Part shown: piece after piece, positions 36,829 through 50,765 of the stretch
Layout of the letters: every line of letters starts with the position of its first letter
Numbering within the stretch: the stretch's first letter is position 1
NCBI RefSeq assembly: GCF_006345805.1
Contig: NC_043000.1
Span: forward strand, 34,844,001-34,908,000
DNA from: Octopus sinensis
Taxonomy: Eukaryota
Reading direction: 5' to 3'
Length of the DNA stretch: 64,000 bases
Translations under genes and position numbers: made by a program
Notes under the pieces: generated by a model
Told to the model about the DNA's origin: nothing
The model's input: only the letters and a program-made list of their open reading frames with translations
Database searches by the model: none

Positions 36829-37149
36829 TCCCTTGACTGCAACCCCCTTGATTATTATGTGTGGGGTGCAGTTGAGGAATAGACCAACAAAGCTCATTGT
36901 AACACCAAAGATGAACTGAAGGCAGGGATTATGGCAGCATTCACCAACTTAAACAAGGAATCTGTCCAGAAGATCTGCAGGAGATTCCAAAGTCTTCTCG
37001 AGGCTGTGGTTGAGGTCAATGGCGATTTTATTGAATAAATTTACTCTTTAGTATTTCAAGGTTTTTTATGTAATTTTATTAAAATAAGATGTCAGTGTTA
37101 TTTTCACTTTTGCATAATTTAGACGATAGTTTATTCACTGCCTCCTGTA
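36829..37149 (+). mobile_element. Tc1/mariner-superfamily transposase C-terminal relic and right end
   Basis: SLDCNPLDYYVWGAVEE*TNKAHCNTKDELKAGIMAAFTNLNKESVQKICRRFQSLLEAVVEVNGDFIE*; matches the SPDLNPLD..W motif; ends '...cctgta'. Confidence 0.88.
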
Positions 37150-38235
37150 TGTATGTGTATGTGTGTGTATATATATATATAATTTTAATCCAAACGGGAA
37201 ACAAAAAAACAACAACAATGGAACAATTACAGTATTATTATTAATAGGCGCTCAGGAAATATATGTTACATTGAAATGGGTGAGACCCATTAGAACTTTC
37301 GATGGAATGCTTTCTAGTATTTGTCCTGACTTTCTAAACTCTGAGTTCAAATTTCCCCTAAATGAACTTTCCTTTTCATTCTGTTTGGAGATCAGTTAAG
37401 TCCAGGTCATTGGATCAGGGTATCTGTTTTTGTTCTGTAAATTTTGAGTTTGAAAACAGCTTCTAGTTGCCAGGAACATACACATACACAAAGGTCCTTC
37501 AAAAATGGCAAAAACAGTGATTACCTTTGGAAATCCTTATGTACCCAAATATTTCCATTTTGGCTGTCTTTGGTTGAATGCTCTTTCTATTGACAATTAT
37601 TTTACAGACTGTACTGGATACATTTCCTTGTAGCATCAACACTAGGGAAGTTGAAAAGTACTTGGCAAGACAGGTCTTAAGGGACCACCTGACTCTGCTT
37701 GTTCTGTTTATTTGCTGACCACTTTACAGTGCATTGTTTTGTGGCAGCAGCACAAGAAGACAAAATGTCTTGTTAACAGTAAATGTAGAGAGCATTCAGT
37801 AACCTAAAGCATATGGACCAAGGAGGGGAATAAGAAAGGAAGCAATAACAGCAGAATAGCTACAAATGAATAACTGTGATGATGGTGGGTGGGCGGTTTA
37901 ATAGTGTAAAGAATTCATGATAACCTAGGGAGGAGAGAGAGAGAGAGCAATAGTTGAAGGTGTGGATGACAAAAGAATTTTATGTCAAAAAAGCAAGGTT
38001 ATTTGGGAGTGAAGTTATGGGTGTAGTGATTGGTAGTAGCAGAGGTGGAGAAAGGCAAGAGTAAGTGATGGGTGGCAATAGAGGTGGTGCAGAAGAGTGT
38101 GTGTGTGTTGATTGTGGGGAAGAGGGTGGTCGTATGCAGCTTCTTATTCATGGACCTGGAAGATGATATGTGTAGATTGAGCAGTGAGTAGATGTCTGTT
38201 GGAGATACAAAAGGTAAAGTGCCAGCAAATATATA

Positions 38236-38672
38236 CATTCTTTTACTCCTTTATTTGTTTGTCATTTGACTGCGGCCATGCTGGAGCATCACCTTTAGTC
38301 GAGCAAATCGACCCCAGGACTTATTCTTTGTAAGCCTAGTACTTATTCTATCTGTCTCTTTTGCTGAACCGCTAAGTTACGGGAACGTAAACACACCAAC
38401 ATCGGTTGTCAAGCGATGTTGGGGGGACAAACACAGACACACAAATATACACACACACGCACACACATACACCCCCACCCACATATATATATATATATAT
38501 ATATACATATATACGATGGGCTTCTTTCAGTTTCCATCTACTAAATCCACTCACAAGGCTTTGGTTGGCCTAAGGCTATAGTAGAAGACACTTGCCCAAG
38601 GTGCTACACAGTGGGATTGAACCCGGAGCCATGTAGTTGGTAAGCAAGCTACTTACGACACAGCCACTCCTG
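38236..38672 (-). mobile_element. Full-length SINE family B
   Basis: Head 'gcaggagtggctgtgtcgtaagtagcttgc...ccgggttcaatccc'; tail 'ccagcatggccgcagtcaaatgac'. Confidence 0.92.
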
Positions 38673-39534
38673 CACCTATACATACACATCATGTGTGTAT
38701 ATATATATCTATATATATACACACACGCACACTTACATGCCTGTGTGTAGAGACCTAGGTTATACAACATCTCTGTTTTTGATGCAAATATAGTAATAGA
38801 AAGTGACAGACATGTCTGTTTATAACAAAGATACTCTCTTCCATGTAGATGCTGAATATCATTGATAGAGGTATAAACTGATGGTGTGAAAATCCTGATT
38901 CAGATTCCATCAACAAATAAAGTTCTAAAAAGTAACTATAGAAAACTACAAACATTATTAGATAATAGATATAGAAATGTTAGTAGAGCAAGCTGTATGG
39001 AAACCAAGTCCATACAATTGTAAAGAGAGTCAACCAATATCAACAAACTACATATAAACGTTTATTATTACATGAACCAAATGCACTCTAACTGTAGAAA
39101 AGATGAATATGCTATTGGAAAATTCATCCAACAGAACACAGCATGTCTTAGACCCAATCATAAACCCACATAATTAATATATTGCAAAAACAAAGCAAAA
39201 AAGACCCCACTGAAATAAAAGATGTTCTTATCAGCAACAGACCAGAGAAGCCAACAAACTTGAGATGGCTAATGTAATTTACAAACATAAAACTTGTTGA
39301 TTTCATGACTAATTATTTTATTATATGCTGCTACCTTCTCATCTCACTAGCTTAAAACTATTTACACATGATTTACACCACTAACTTAGAAGCTGTCTAT
39401 GATCCTTTACCTTCTGTTCTTACATGTAATCACTGTACATTACTCCTTTCTTTTTTTTATTTCTCAACTCACTTTTCTCTGGACCTGCTATTCTTTCCCT
39501 CTGGAAACCCAAATTCCCAGGACAAGAGATTTAC

Positions 39535-39579
<45 letters not shown>

Positions 39580-39927
39580 CATCAACTGAAGCTAGGTTGG
39601 ATAGATTGTCATGATCCAAGCCAGTTCTTATTGACAGTTACTACTTTCACGGATGGATTAGACGACCACATCTCCCTTATGTGTTTTAAGTTTACCGTGG
39701 TTTCAGTAGTTGCTGCCATGATAAAATGCACACATCTAATTGTCATCAACTCGATTCCAAGCGTAACTACTTAACCATTGGAGTTGTATGTCTGTAAGTG
39801 GTTGGACAACATTTCTACTATGGTCCCTACATGACTACCTAACTCTTGATATTTTAATTATATGTACGTACATACACATATATATATATATATACACACA
39901 CACATACCACAGTAAGCACATAAATGT

Positions 39928-40112
39928 GAAACAAGGTGGAAAAAATAGTACTCAAATACTGGAGGTAGAGCAATATGCCTTATTAATAAAGCTGCGAAAA
40001 CATCACAAAAACTGTTACTTAAAGTTTTGCATTCCTGTTTGTTAGACAATTTTGATTGTCTGATGAACAGGAATGTAAAACTCTAAGTAACAGTTTTTGT
40101 GATGTTTTTGCA
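39928..40112. mobile_element. Penelope-like terminal repeat with partial inverted copy (58-bp-arm hairpin 39993-40112)
   Basis: Arms 52/58 identical, 4-nt loop, each carrying a degenerate hammerhead-like motif. Confidence 0.65.
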
Positions 40113-40380
40113 ACACCAAGCGATCGTGGCCGTTGCCAGCGGCATGTAAAAAGCACCCACTACACTCACGGAGTGGTTGACGTTAGGAAGGGCATCCAGC
40201 TGTAGAAACACTGCCAGATCAGACTGGGCCTGGTGCAGCCTCCTGGCTTCCCAGACCCCAGTTGAACCGTCCAACCCTTGCTAGCATAGAAAGCGGACAT
40301 TAAACAATGATGATGATGATATATTTATTATCATCATCATCATCATCGTTTAGCATCCGCTTTCCATGCTAGCATGGGTT
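40113..40380. mobile_element. RTE 3' end (+, 40113-40320) tail-to-tail with an RTE tail stub (-, 40330-40380)
   Basis: 'aacccttgctagcatagaaagcggacattaaac(aat)(gat)n' faces '(atc)n gtttagcatccgctttccatgctagcatgggtt'. Confidence 0.9.
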
Positions 40381-40432
40381 GTGTAGATATATATATATAT
40401 AGGTAAGAAAAATACTACATTATTTTCTCAAG

Positions 40433-40454
40433 GAATTTACCTTTGGGACAGTGG
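40433..40454 (+). other. Candidate 22-nt microexon GAATTTACCTTTGGGACAGTGG
   Basis: 'cattattttctcaag|' and '|gtaagt'; frame undetermined; a minus-strand donor (gtaaat) overlaps it. Confidence 0.25.
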
Positions 40455-42469
40455 GTAAGTGCACCTTTGGACATAAGAAACTGCAGAACTCTTGCTGGTG
40501 TCATTGGAGCCATATATATTAAAAACATGTTGTGTTTGTCTTGTGACATGTTGCTTTTCATGGATGATAAATTTTTGCTGTTTGAAGAGTAATTTAACCA
40601 CAAATTGCAGACAACGTAATCTTCGTATCATCTGTTGTGCAGTACTGCAACATCCTACATTCTTTTGAGTATTGTTTCACTGTTTGATGGGCAATACATG
40701 TACATGTCTACCCACATGTATATGAATATAGTTGTTGTGAAGCATCTCTCTTCTTTTTTAGGTGTATTTATGTGGAAAAGATGAGATATGAACACTGGAC
40801 CTCTTGACAATCTAATTCAGCCCCTACCAAGTTGAGCATTTGTATTGTGAATGGTTCACCCTTACTATTTGCCAGAATCTTTGCATTAAATATTGTTGAC
40901 TTGATAAAATAAGTAATCTTCTTTAAAGATTCATTTTTCATTAAATAAATGTCACACAAAATATTCTGTTGCTCAAATGAAATGAAATATTCAAATGAAA
41001 ACCAAAAAAAAATTAAAGCAGAAATCTAAAATTTATAAAAATCTAATCAAAAGGAAATTTCTAGTCTAAAATATTACTCCCCAACCCTGCCCTGTATAAA
41101 AAAAAAGAAAAAGAAGAGGAATTGATTGTATATAATTTTAGTTGTTGTGTGTCTGGAAAAGTAGTAATGTAACAGTTTGAAATTGACTGAAGCAATAAAA
41201 TTCAATAATGAAATTGGTAAATATTCCTAAAAAGAAATGATTACATATAATATGCATTGGTGGAAACTTTAGAGTATGCCGTCTGATGGATTGACTGAAA
41301 TGATGTGGCCAAAGGATAAGAGCAACCCTAAAGACTTGAAAAGAATGGGGTTCTAAGCTCTACAATTACTTCAGTTTGTTGAAGAAAGCTTGAATTCTTC
41401 AAAAAGAAAGTCCTAGTAAAGATATTGATGAGGATATTTAGCTTGTAATGTTTATAGCTTTTGTTTAGTTTTGGTTGATAAATTTTAGTAAACCAAGTTT
41501 GAAACAGAATTTCTAATTCATTGTTGAGTTGTTGTCTCAATTCTAAAGTTTGAGTGGAGATGAAGATTTTTGAGGATTTGACTGCTACTGCTCACACCTT
41601 GAGTTGCCACTTAGTGGTTGCTTTTGTTGGCTCATACCAAAATGTGGAAAAGTCACTGCTTGAATGCCTTGTCTTCTTCAATTTGTCAGCAACTAAATAA
41701 CAACACCAACAATTCTTTCCCAGTTTATTTTGGGCTGAGGTATAAATTTACAGAACCACCCAACTCTTGTGAAAAAGTCAATAAAAGGTATAAAATACTT
41801 AGAATAAACTGCTAAATTCATTTGGAATAAAAATGATTAACCTCTTATCTACTTAATTACTATTTTTGTATACATATACAGATTTATCTGAAGAACTACA
41901 GACCATAAAAGGGTAGTGGAATGGAGGGTTACTTAGTTTGTAATTTAGTGATTCCAAGGCTTGTTATATATTAGAGATGATTGCAAAAAGACAACTGAGT
42001 TAGATATCAAATCCTCCAAAGGAAACTGAAAGTTGTAGAAATATTTTCTGTTTTTAATTGAACAGCTGAGAAGTGGCGGCGGTGGTGGTTGCGGTGGTGG
42101 TGGAATAAAGAAACGTTGGGACATAGTTCACATAATAGTTTAATTGATAATGTCAGATGCAATCATTATTGAAAGAATGGCTGTAATTTCATTTCTTCTC
42201 TGATAATTTGCTTATTAATTGCAGTAGACCAAAATACTGAAAGCATCATCATCATCGTCGTCATCTTCATCAATAACAATGACTCTAATAGATTAGCATT
42301 AGTAGTAATAGTAGTTGAATAGTTATAGTTTTAATAGTGGTGTTGATAAGAGTTCCAGGAATACTGATTTTAGTTTGAAAGTAAAATGATAGTAAAAGTG
42401 GTGCTCATGTAATTGCTGTTATTATTTCAGTGGAATGCATGAATGCAGATTAAAAAACAGTAACTTCTA

Positions 42470-42614
42470 TCAGTAATATTGCTTTCAGATTTTGGCACAA
42501 GGCCAGCAATTGTTGGGGAGGTTGCAAGTCGATTACATTATCCTCAGTACGTGACTGGTACTTATTTTATTGACCCCCAAAAGGATGAAAGGCAAAACTG
42601 ACTTCAGTAATATT
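42470..42614 (-). mobile_element. 5'-truncated SINE family A with 11-bp target-site duplication
   Basis: tcagtaatatt at 42470-42480 and 42604-42614. Confidence 0.85.
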
Positions 42615-43009
42615 AGTGACATTGAATGTACATGGTAGCTAATAGGATTTGGTTTGGAACCACTTGTTCGTTATTCATTGGTTCAAATTAACTGCTGGTT
42701 AAAACGCTTTACTCCATATTGTTATGAAATTGTTGGAAATAGGGAGTAGATAATTTGGAAATAAAAGTTGTATCGTTTGGTAGTAAGGATTAGATAATAT
42801 GAGAATTTTATCTATTATACACTAATTGTATCATTGATAGGGGTACTTTTTCTCATTTGTTTCATGTCAAGAATTTGGGGCTAAACATCAGCTCTCAGAG
42901 AATTTCCTTAAGGATTGTCATTATTTGTTAACTGTGTTTGCAACTACAAGTCAGGTGTGGTGGTATTCACTGTTGCAGCACATTGCTGTATTCACCATTT
43001 GTCAGTATA

Positions 43010-43320
43010 CTCCTAAGTCTTCATGGGTGACTTGTCAAGCAGAGTCCTAATCAGGCCCCATCTCTCTGAGATACCTCCTCATCTTGCTGATCAACACAAG
43101 TCATCAACCCAAGCAGATCCTCAGTGAACTGAACACAGTTTGTAGGGTCTGAGTTGGAAAATTGAGCAACATGGCCAAACAGTCTGAGCTGGTCTTCTTG
43201 AATTATACAAGTAGCAAGACCCATCCCAGTTTTTGAGTAGAGTCATTAGTTGGATACAAAATGTGACCAACGGTAACCCCATAATTCTGCAAAGTCCCTG
43301 GTACCAAAGCAGTTCTTGTA
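43010..43320 (-). mobile_element. Second RTE-type LINE ORF2 C-terminal relic
   Basis: Minus: LWGYRWSHFVSN**LYSKTG...CIIQEDQLRLFGHVAQ, matching the '(G)YRW.D.VSN..L......i...QLR..GHV' motif. Confidence 0.75.
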
Positions 43321-45317
43321 ACTACAGAGGATAAAAAATTCCAACACAAAATTTATATAACCACATTTTTTTTTTAATGCTGTAGCTCAAAAGTATTGGC
43401 ATTTTTTGATAAGTTACCAAAGTGATGTAAGTTTACGTTTGACCTTTACAGCTGTTAAATCTTCTAATGGTGTATTATTGTCTATATTCTGTCATCAGAG
43501 CCAATTCTTTTACTTTCTGAATCAACTGAGAAATATACTTAGCTGACAAAAGCTATAACATTGACTGGCAAGAGTCCTTTACTAGTGACCCGCTTGTTTA
43601 TTTTAATTTTCAGATCCTTCTCTTATTTTATTTCTGGCAGACTTCTTGTGAAGATAGGAGTCTAATATAAACCAATTAATGTTAATGAAAACTGAAACAT
43701 CCAAGATGAAAATAATGTCCAATAGTGAATATATTAATAAAATAAACAAAGATAATGAGAGCAATATTAATACGTAAAATTAACCAAACATATTATATAG
43801 TAATCACATACATATTACATAATAATCCCTCCCTATGTGTTGATTAATTATTATATGTAGCTTTAGTCTGAGTTAGTGAAATGTATTAGTTATTTGCTCT
43901 TAGTTACAGTTAGAAATATGTTGGTTATTGTAAAAATCTAGAAAGGTTAATTAGTAATTGATTGGTATAGCTTAACAAATTATCTGTCTGGTGGTTGCAG
44001 AAATAACCTAGACTGGATTAACATTGGCAGAAGTAATTTTATGTGTTCATATTCTTCGTTATGATATGGCAATCAACAACATGAATAGGTCCATTTATTT
44101 AATCCTCACACATGTATTAACTAGTATACAGTGCTGTTAAAAAACAGTAGCTATTTCAGTCACATTCTATATATTAATTTTCTTTACAAGTCATCAATCA
44201 TGATTATCTTTAGTCTGGGTCTGTTTAATCCGTATTCTTTTTATTACTTAAAAAAAATGTTGAGATTATGAAGGCAAGATTACATGTGAATTATGTTAAC
44301 AATTAAACTTCCTTGGTTCATAAGAAAAAGTTAAGGAAAAGATTTTCTGTGTCAAATGTAAATGATGTTTCCAACTGTAGTTTCTACTCTAGTGGAGCCT
44401 TTGCTTGGAAAATAACATTTGTCCATTGCTATGTGGAATGTGGCTCAGCTGAAACTTTATATATATCAATATCAGCTAACAATTAGTTGGCATATTCCTC
44501 TTCACATTACCCTTTATACTTTTCTAAATTCATGTAAAAAGTTTTAACTTACCTTCTTCCTATAGAGACTCTGCATTGTAGAAATGTAAACTGACAGAAG
44601 AAAATGTTTTGTTCTGGTCAGCTTCTTTCCTTTGTGTTTCTTTTAGTCTTGTGACCAGCAATGCTTAAGAGGCTGTTTGAAACAGTCATGTGGAACTCCT
44701 GTTCTCTAGATTTTCCAAACTCAGTGGCTTAATGTCTGTTCCATATAGCAGCAAGTTTTGGTGTAAGTATGATTGAAAATGTTTCAAAAGTTCACAATCT
44801 TGTTTCTAGGTTCACTATCAGTTATGTGGAAGTTTTGGTTAGATTCTTCAAGCATGTTTTTGGATGGATCTGAGCCTTAAAATTGGCTTGACAGACATTG
44901 TACAGAAGTTCACTAGATACAAGTTAGTGTAGATCTTGCTTTCTTTTAGTGAAACCTGATCTGTTGCAAACATGAGAATCAAGGGTCCGGTTTGAGAGTA
45001 ACTCAATATATTTTGTACTAATGTTTCCTGATGCTCCTACACATGTGCTGGTATGAACTATCTCAGAGGTCCAGCAAAAATGTCATGATCACTGCTCTCC
45101 TTTCTGTAAGTCATCTAAAAAAATTCTTACTGGAATCCCTTCCCTCATTCTCTGTACATGTATGTGCAGGGGTGTGGTGTATATTGACACACATGCATGT
45201 TGTTCCCAGCCAGTAGATTAAAGAAATATATCTTTCATCAAGTAAATAAATATATTTACCAGGATTAATACAATCTTAAAGAGATTGATAACCATTTAAA
45301 GGACTGAATAGAATTAA

Positions 45318-45418
<101 letters not shown>

Positions 45419-46145
45419 AAGAAAGGGGTTGTAATAAATTGGTACAAGTGGCATTTCATTGGTAGTGAAGACTGGAAAAACATTGATGGATGATATTTAC
45501 TGGGTTTAAGCACAATTACTTCACTTTTCTGAAAGTAATAAATTGTCATATTTTGGAAAGTTGAAGAAAGCTAGAGCAGAGTATAAAAGGTTATTGATTT
45601 CATATGGAATCGTCTTTGTGCTTCTAAGCTACTTCTCAAAATAGATATTAACAACAGTCTATAGTCTGATGATATATAACTGAAAGATCTTTTATAGCAA
45701 TTTACTTTATTAGAACAATTATATACTCACACATACACACGCACACACACACACACACACACTGATTGTCACCACACAAATCTATCAATTCACTGAAACT
45801 GAGAAAAGTTTTATTTCCATTCCAGGTAGATATTTTCAATGAATTCAAGCAGATTGCTTGTTTAAAATCTCAATTTTAGTTTTCCTTATTTTGTTTTAAT
45901 TAATCAATAGATAAGATTCTTCCTATATATATTTGTGTGTGTGTGTGTATATATATATGTTTATAGTTTTCTTTGTTTGTAGAAATTGAACCTGGAAGTT
46001 TGTCTCATGATTCCAGTTAGAGTAAAAAATTAATTTGACACAGAGCAGCACATATAGAGAAATATAAAAACTGTGTAGGTGTATTCATAAGTGTTTGTGT
46101 GTGTCTATATGTGTATTAAAATAAGAGAGTGTGTGTGTGTGTATG

Positions 46146-46189
<44 letters not shown>

Positions 46190-46190
<1 letters not shown>

Positions 46191-46515
46191 CATCATCGTT
46201 TAACATCTGCTTTCGCTGCTAGCATGGGTTGGACTGGCGAACCAGATGGCTGTACCAGGCTCCAATTTTGATCTGGCAGTTTCTACAGCTGGATGCTCTT
46301 CCTAATGCCAACCACTCCAAGAGTGTAGTGGGTGCTTTTACGTGCCTCTAGCACGAGGGCCAGTCATGTGGTACTGGCAACAGTCACGGAAAATCGTGTT
46401 TTTTACGTATCACCTGCGCACCGGCACAAGTACTAGTAAGGCGACGATGGTAACGATCATGCTCGAATGGTGCCTTTTATGTGCCACCGGCACGAACGCC
46501 AGTTAGCCGCCCTGG
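46190..46515 (-). mobile_element. Relatively young RTE 3' end (CpG retained)
   Basis: Tail, core and tandem unit 'ggtgcttttacgtgcc...gggccagtca'. Confidence 0.9.
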
Positions 46516-48809
46516 CATATATATATATATATATATATATAGCTGTATTTTGTTGAATCTGGAGGAAGGTGCATTGCTCATTTATGATGTGTGTGTATGT
46601 ATTTCACGTGATGAGTGTGAGGGGAGCTGTGCTGCTAATGACACTTGTAGACCCACTGAATCTGGTAAATTTGATGCTGTTTGTGTTTCATTTAAATCGT
46701 TGCAGGTTAGCATCTGCAGGAAGACGAGTGGGGGGGGGGACAAAGATTCTAGAGGGCCAATGTTATAGGGGAGAAAGGACTGGGCATAATGAAATGCAAA
46801 GCAGACAACATATCAAAAATGATGAATGGTAGAAAGTTGGAGGGGGTGGGGAGTGGCTGAGTGGTTGGCATACGAGGTTATTACGGTAGGGACGGAACAA
46901 GTAGGCTCTGTGGCTTCAAATGTGTGTGTGTGAGGGAAACAAAACGTCCCTTATTTGAATAATCCTGTTTTTGGTTAGCAAAAGGAATGGCATTCGACTG
47001 CAAAAACAATGCTTTTGATAATATAGAATCGTACAGCTCATGCTGGCATGGGAAAATGAACATTAAGATAAGTGAATAAAACACACACACACACACACAC
47101 ACACACATGCATGTATGTATATGCAGACATGTGTGTTTATATATATATATATATATATATGCACACATTTGTGTTTGCCTACTAGTAATCTGTTTATCTT
47201 CCTATATATCTGTATTAATCTACTTGTGTGTATGTATGTATGTTATATACACATACACACGTGTATATATGCATACATAGTACATATTCAAATAAATGTC
47301 AGAAGATATATACATGTATATATATATATTTGTACAGTTTAAGGCTCTTTAATCTAAGAAATTACATAATTACATTCAAAGTTGCCTTCAGTGTTTTCTG
47401 TTTTATCTTACTTACATTGTCATCAATACTTTCTGTGGCAAAAATTTTGATGAACATTTTTTTTTGTTTCTCATATCTGCATCAACATCATCATCATCAT
47501 CATAATCAGCAGCAGCAACAGCAGTACTACTCTACTTATCCATTTTCACCATCCTCATTAATATCATCATTATTGTTGTTATTATTATTATTAACCTTAT
47601 TTCGTCAGTAATGTTACTTTCCCATTTATTTTTCCAATTCATTTCTACCGATTGAACATTTCCATATTTGCTCTGATTAATGTCATTTTAAACCTCTTTT
47701 CAACTCAACAATCATTCAGTCTTTACCTGCCATAACGATTTTCATTTTTGGTTCAAATTACTACAAAATTTTCTAATTTTCTATAATTAAATCACATAAT
47801 TTTCATGTATTTTGTCATTTTAGTAAGTAGTTAATTTCAACAATATTAGAGATATTCAGAAAAAGTCAAAAAGAAAGTTGCAAAAGTAATTATTTCTACA
47901 CAATTCTAAAACTTTTGCACACCTTATTTTATTTTATATTTCTTAGACATGTTAAAATATAAATGATAGGTTACTGAGTGTAAGATGTTCATTGGATTAT
48001 ACAAACCATCATTGTCGTCATCTTCCAGACTTCCTAACACCACCACTCTGGCATCTCTGTTACTAACACTACTGTTTTAGCCAGAGCTTTATTTGCTGTT
48101 CATACTGTTATCGTGTCCTTGCAACAACCAAACAACATACAAACATTTGCAGTCACAAAACTGCCTTAACAGCAACAATTTCATCCTCTTGTTGACGTTA
48201 CCCTTCTCTGGGACAGTCATCATTATCTCATCTGTTTTCCATGCTGGCATGGATGGCTGGATGTGTTTCCTAATGCCAACTATTTTGCAGAGTGTATTGG
48301 GCGCTTTATATGTGGTACTGACAAGGGTGCTGTTACGTGATGCGAGCATGGGTGCTTTTTACATGGCATTTACATGGGTGCCTTTTATGTGGCACCAACA
48401 CTCACACGCTTGTAAGATAAGGACCTCTCAACTAAAAGGAGGACTGGGGGGCGGTGATTGGCTGTAAAAGACCTGCCTGTATGTATGGATAAATATATCA
48501 ATACGAACTTTTAGTTGGAAGAATTCTGACCTGATAGATTTTGGCTTATATGAAGTTCCAATTCGATGTTAAAATACCAGAGATTCCTCTGAACCTTTCC
48601 AGTACACAATGATCCTTAGCTGTGCACTTCAACATATCAAGTAAGACAACTTCCAGGGTCTTGTCATTCCTTATCTGAATTTTTTTTTTTTTTTCATATA
48701 TAGATTTTGCTATGAGAAACAAATCCTCAACGCTAAAGTATTTCAATGACATCCAGACCCAAAATATATTTTGAGTTTATTATTGAATCCCTCTCTGTTG
48801 TTTATACAG

Positions 48810-48906
48810 CCCTGCCCTGAATGTTTGGGCTATATTTACTTCCTTCTAGTTGTCTCAACTGCAGATTGGAGAGATTCTATAGCAGCTATTCTACAGGTTG
48901 ATGAAG
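48810..48906 (+). CDS. Candidate exon PCPECLGYIYFLLVVSTADWRDSIAAILQVDE(G), phase 0 to 1
   Basis: 'ctctctgttgtttatacag|' acceptor, 'AAG|gtaaaa' donor, single open frame; an alternative internal acceptor exists. Confidence 0.3.
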
Positions 48907-50577
48907 GTAAAATACAGTTGTATATTCTTTTTCAAGAACTTTTGCCATTGAATCGTTAGAATTGTATCTGTTTCATTGGTAGTAATCCTTGTTTTGGTGC
49001 AACCATAAGTGTTTATTGTTCAATCTAATCATTGTGTAGAGTGAAATTTGGAATTCATAGAAACTGGCAATGGTTTGTGTTGGTGGCAGTTAGTCTATAA
49101 GAGGGTTCTTAGAAGAGTTTCAATAAGTTCAGTTGTTGTGAGGAGTGATGACTCTAATGTTGTGGATCTTTGCTCTTCACTTAACCCTTAACTAATATTG
49201 CTAACCATATTATGACTCCTTACTCTCCTCTTGTGTAACCTTGCCCATCAGTTTAACTCTTCTACAATGTCCTCTCCCTAATGCTCTTATTAGACTTTAT
49301 GGTATTGGTGTCGTACTCATGATGGAAGATGGTATGTATCTCTGTCACATAATTAACTTAGTTAACCAAGTCAGTACCAAAAACAAAAGAAATTCCTGTT
49401 TGAAATCCCAGTCTTCTCTCTTCCATATTCCTTTTGGTGGAACTTTTTTCACCTCTTACTTATTGATCCTACTTTCCTTTGATTCTACTGTTTCACTTCA
49501 TTCCTATCACAGTTTGATGCAGTTATCATGATCTTCTTTGTCAGACTTGAAACTTTCTTCAATTTCAATCTTCCATTATTTCCAACTCCAGTATTAATTA
49601 CAACATCTCCAGTAGCAGGCCTTTATATACTAACTCCAGTATGCCTCTTAATGGCACCTGTTGCTAAAGATGATGATGATGCTTGAAATAATACAAATGA
49701 TATTAAAGATAGCAATAGGGATGACAACAAAAATACAGACATTGATGAGGATGGGAACAATTATACAGCAAAGACCATGTTGGTAATGATGATAGCAAAA
49801 TTATTGATCTTGGTCATAATGATGATGATGACAACAATCATATGAGTGATGATCAAGTGGTGATGAGTATGATGGCAGCAATTACAGAGATTTGATGATG
49901 ATGATGGTGGTGATTGCAATCATGTTGATGATTGATGGTACCAATGGCACAGCTGATGAACATTGGGATACCAAGAATGGCTTTAAAAACTAACTTATTT
50001 AGGGAAATGCTACTTAGACATATATTTAGCTAAAAATAAATGCAGTGTTTATATATGTGTGTGTGTATGTGTGTGTGCACATACACATACATACACATCT
50101 CCCTCCCTGTCTCTCTCTCTCTCTCTCTGTGAGAGTAAAAACATTTTGTTGCTCTCACTTGAAATTTTTTAAACTGTCAAAAACTAAATAAATTACTAAT
50201 TACAGAAACAATAATCACATCGTTCTTTCCACTTGGCAATATTTTTTCCCTTATTTTATTGTGAAGTTTTTCTTTTTTTTTGCTTTTGTGTTTGCTTTTC
50301 ACAATGTAGGTGTGTAAAAGTTTCCTTCCTGCACAGAGCCTCTTCCCACAGCATTGCTAGCAAAACTTCATCCTGTAGAGGAAACATTGATAATCTGTTG
50401 CTGATCTACATGTGGTTTACACTTATATACACCATGTTTAACATATATCTTTTCTACACACACACACACATACACGTGTTGAATGCATTTGTATGTGTGC
50501 ATTTATATATTTGGGCTTCAATGCATTTATGTGTATACACATCACTTGTAAATAAGAATACCTTTAGTTTGAGTGAT

Positions 50578-50765
50578 GATATCATCATCATCATCATCAT
50601 TTAATGTCCATTTTCCATGCTGGCATGGGACTGGGCAGTTTGATAGAAGCCGACCAGCTGAAGGGTTGTTCAGGCTCCATGTCTGTTTTGGTATGGTTTC
50701 TGCTGCTGGACATCCTTCCTAATGCCAACCATTTTACTGAGTGTAGTGGATGCTTTTTATGTGGC
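50578..50765 (-). mobile_element. RTE 3' end
   Basis: (GAT)n tail and conserved core. Confidence 0.85.

Noticed and set aside
40441-40494. Ankyrin-like RVLQFLMSKGA on the minus strand
   Set aside because: Single short match, weak acceptor, no neighbouring ankyrin exons.
44552-44589. Minus-strand segment ending MQSLYRKK|gtaagt
   Set aside because: Strong splice motifs but short, two open frames, no link to other exons.
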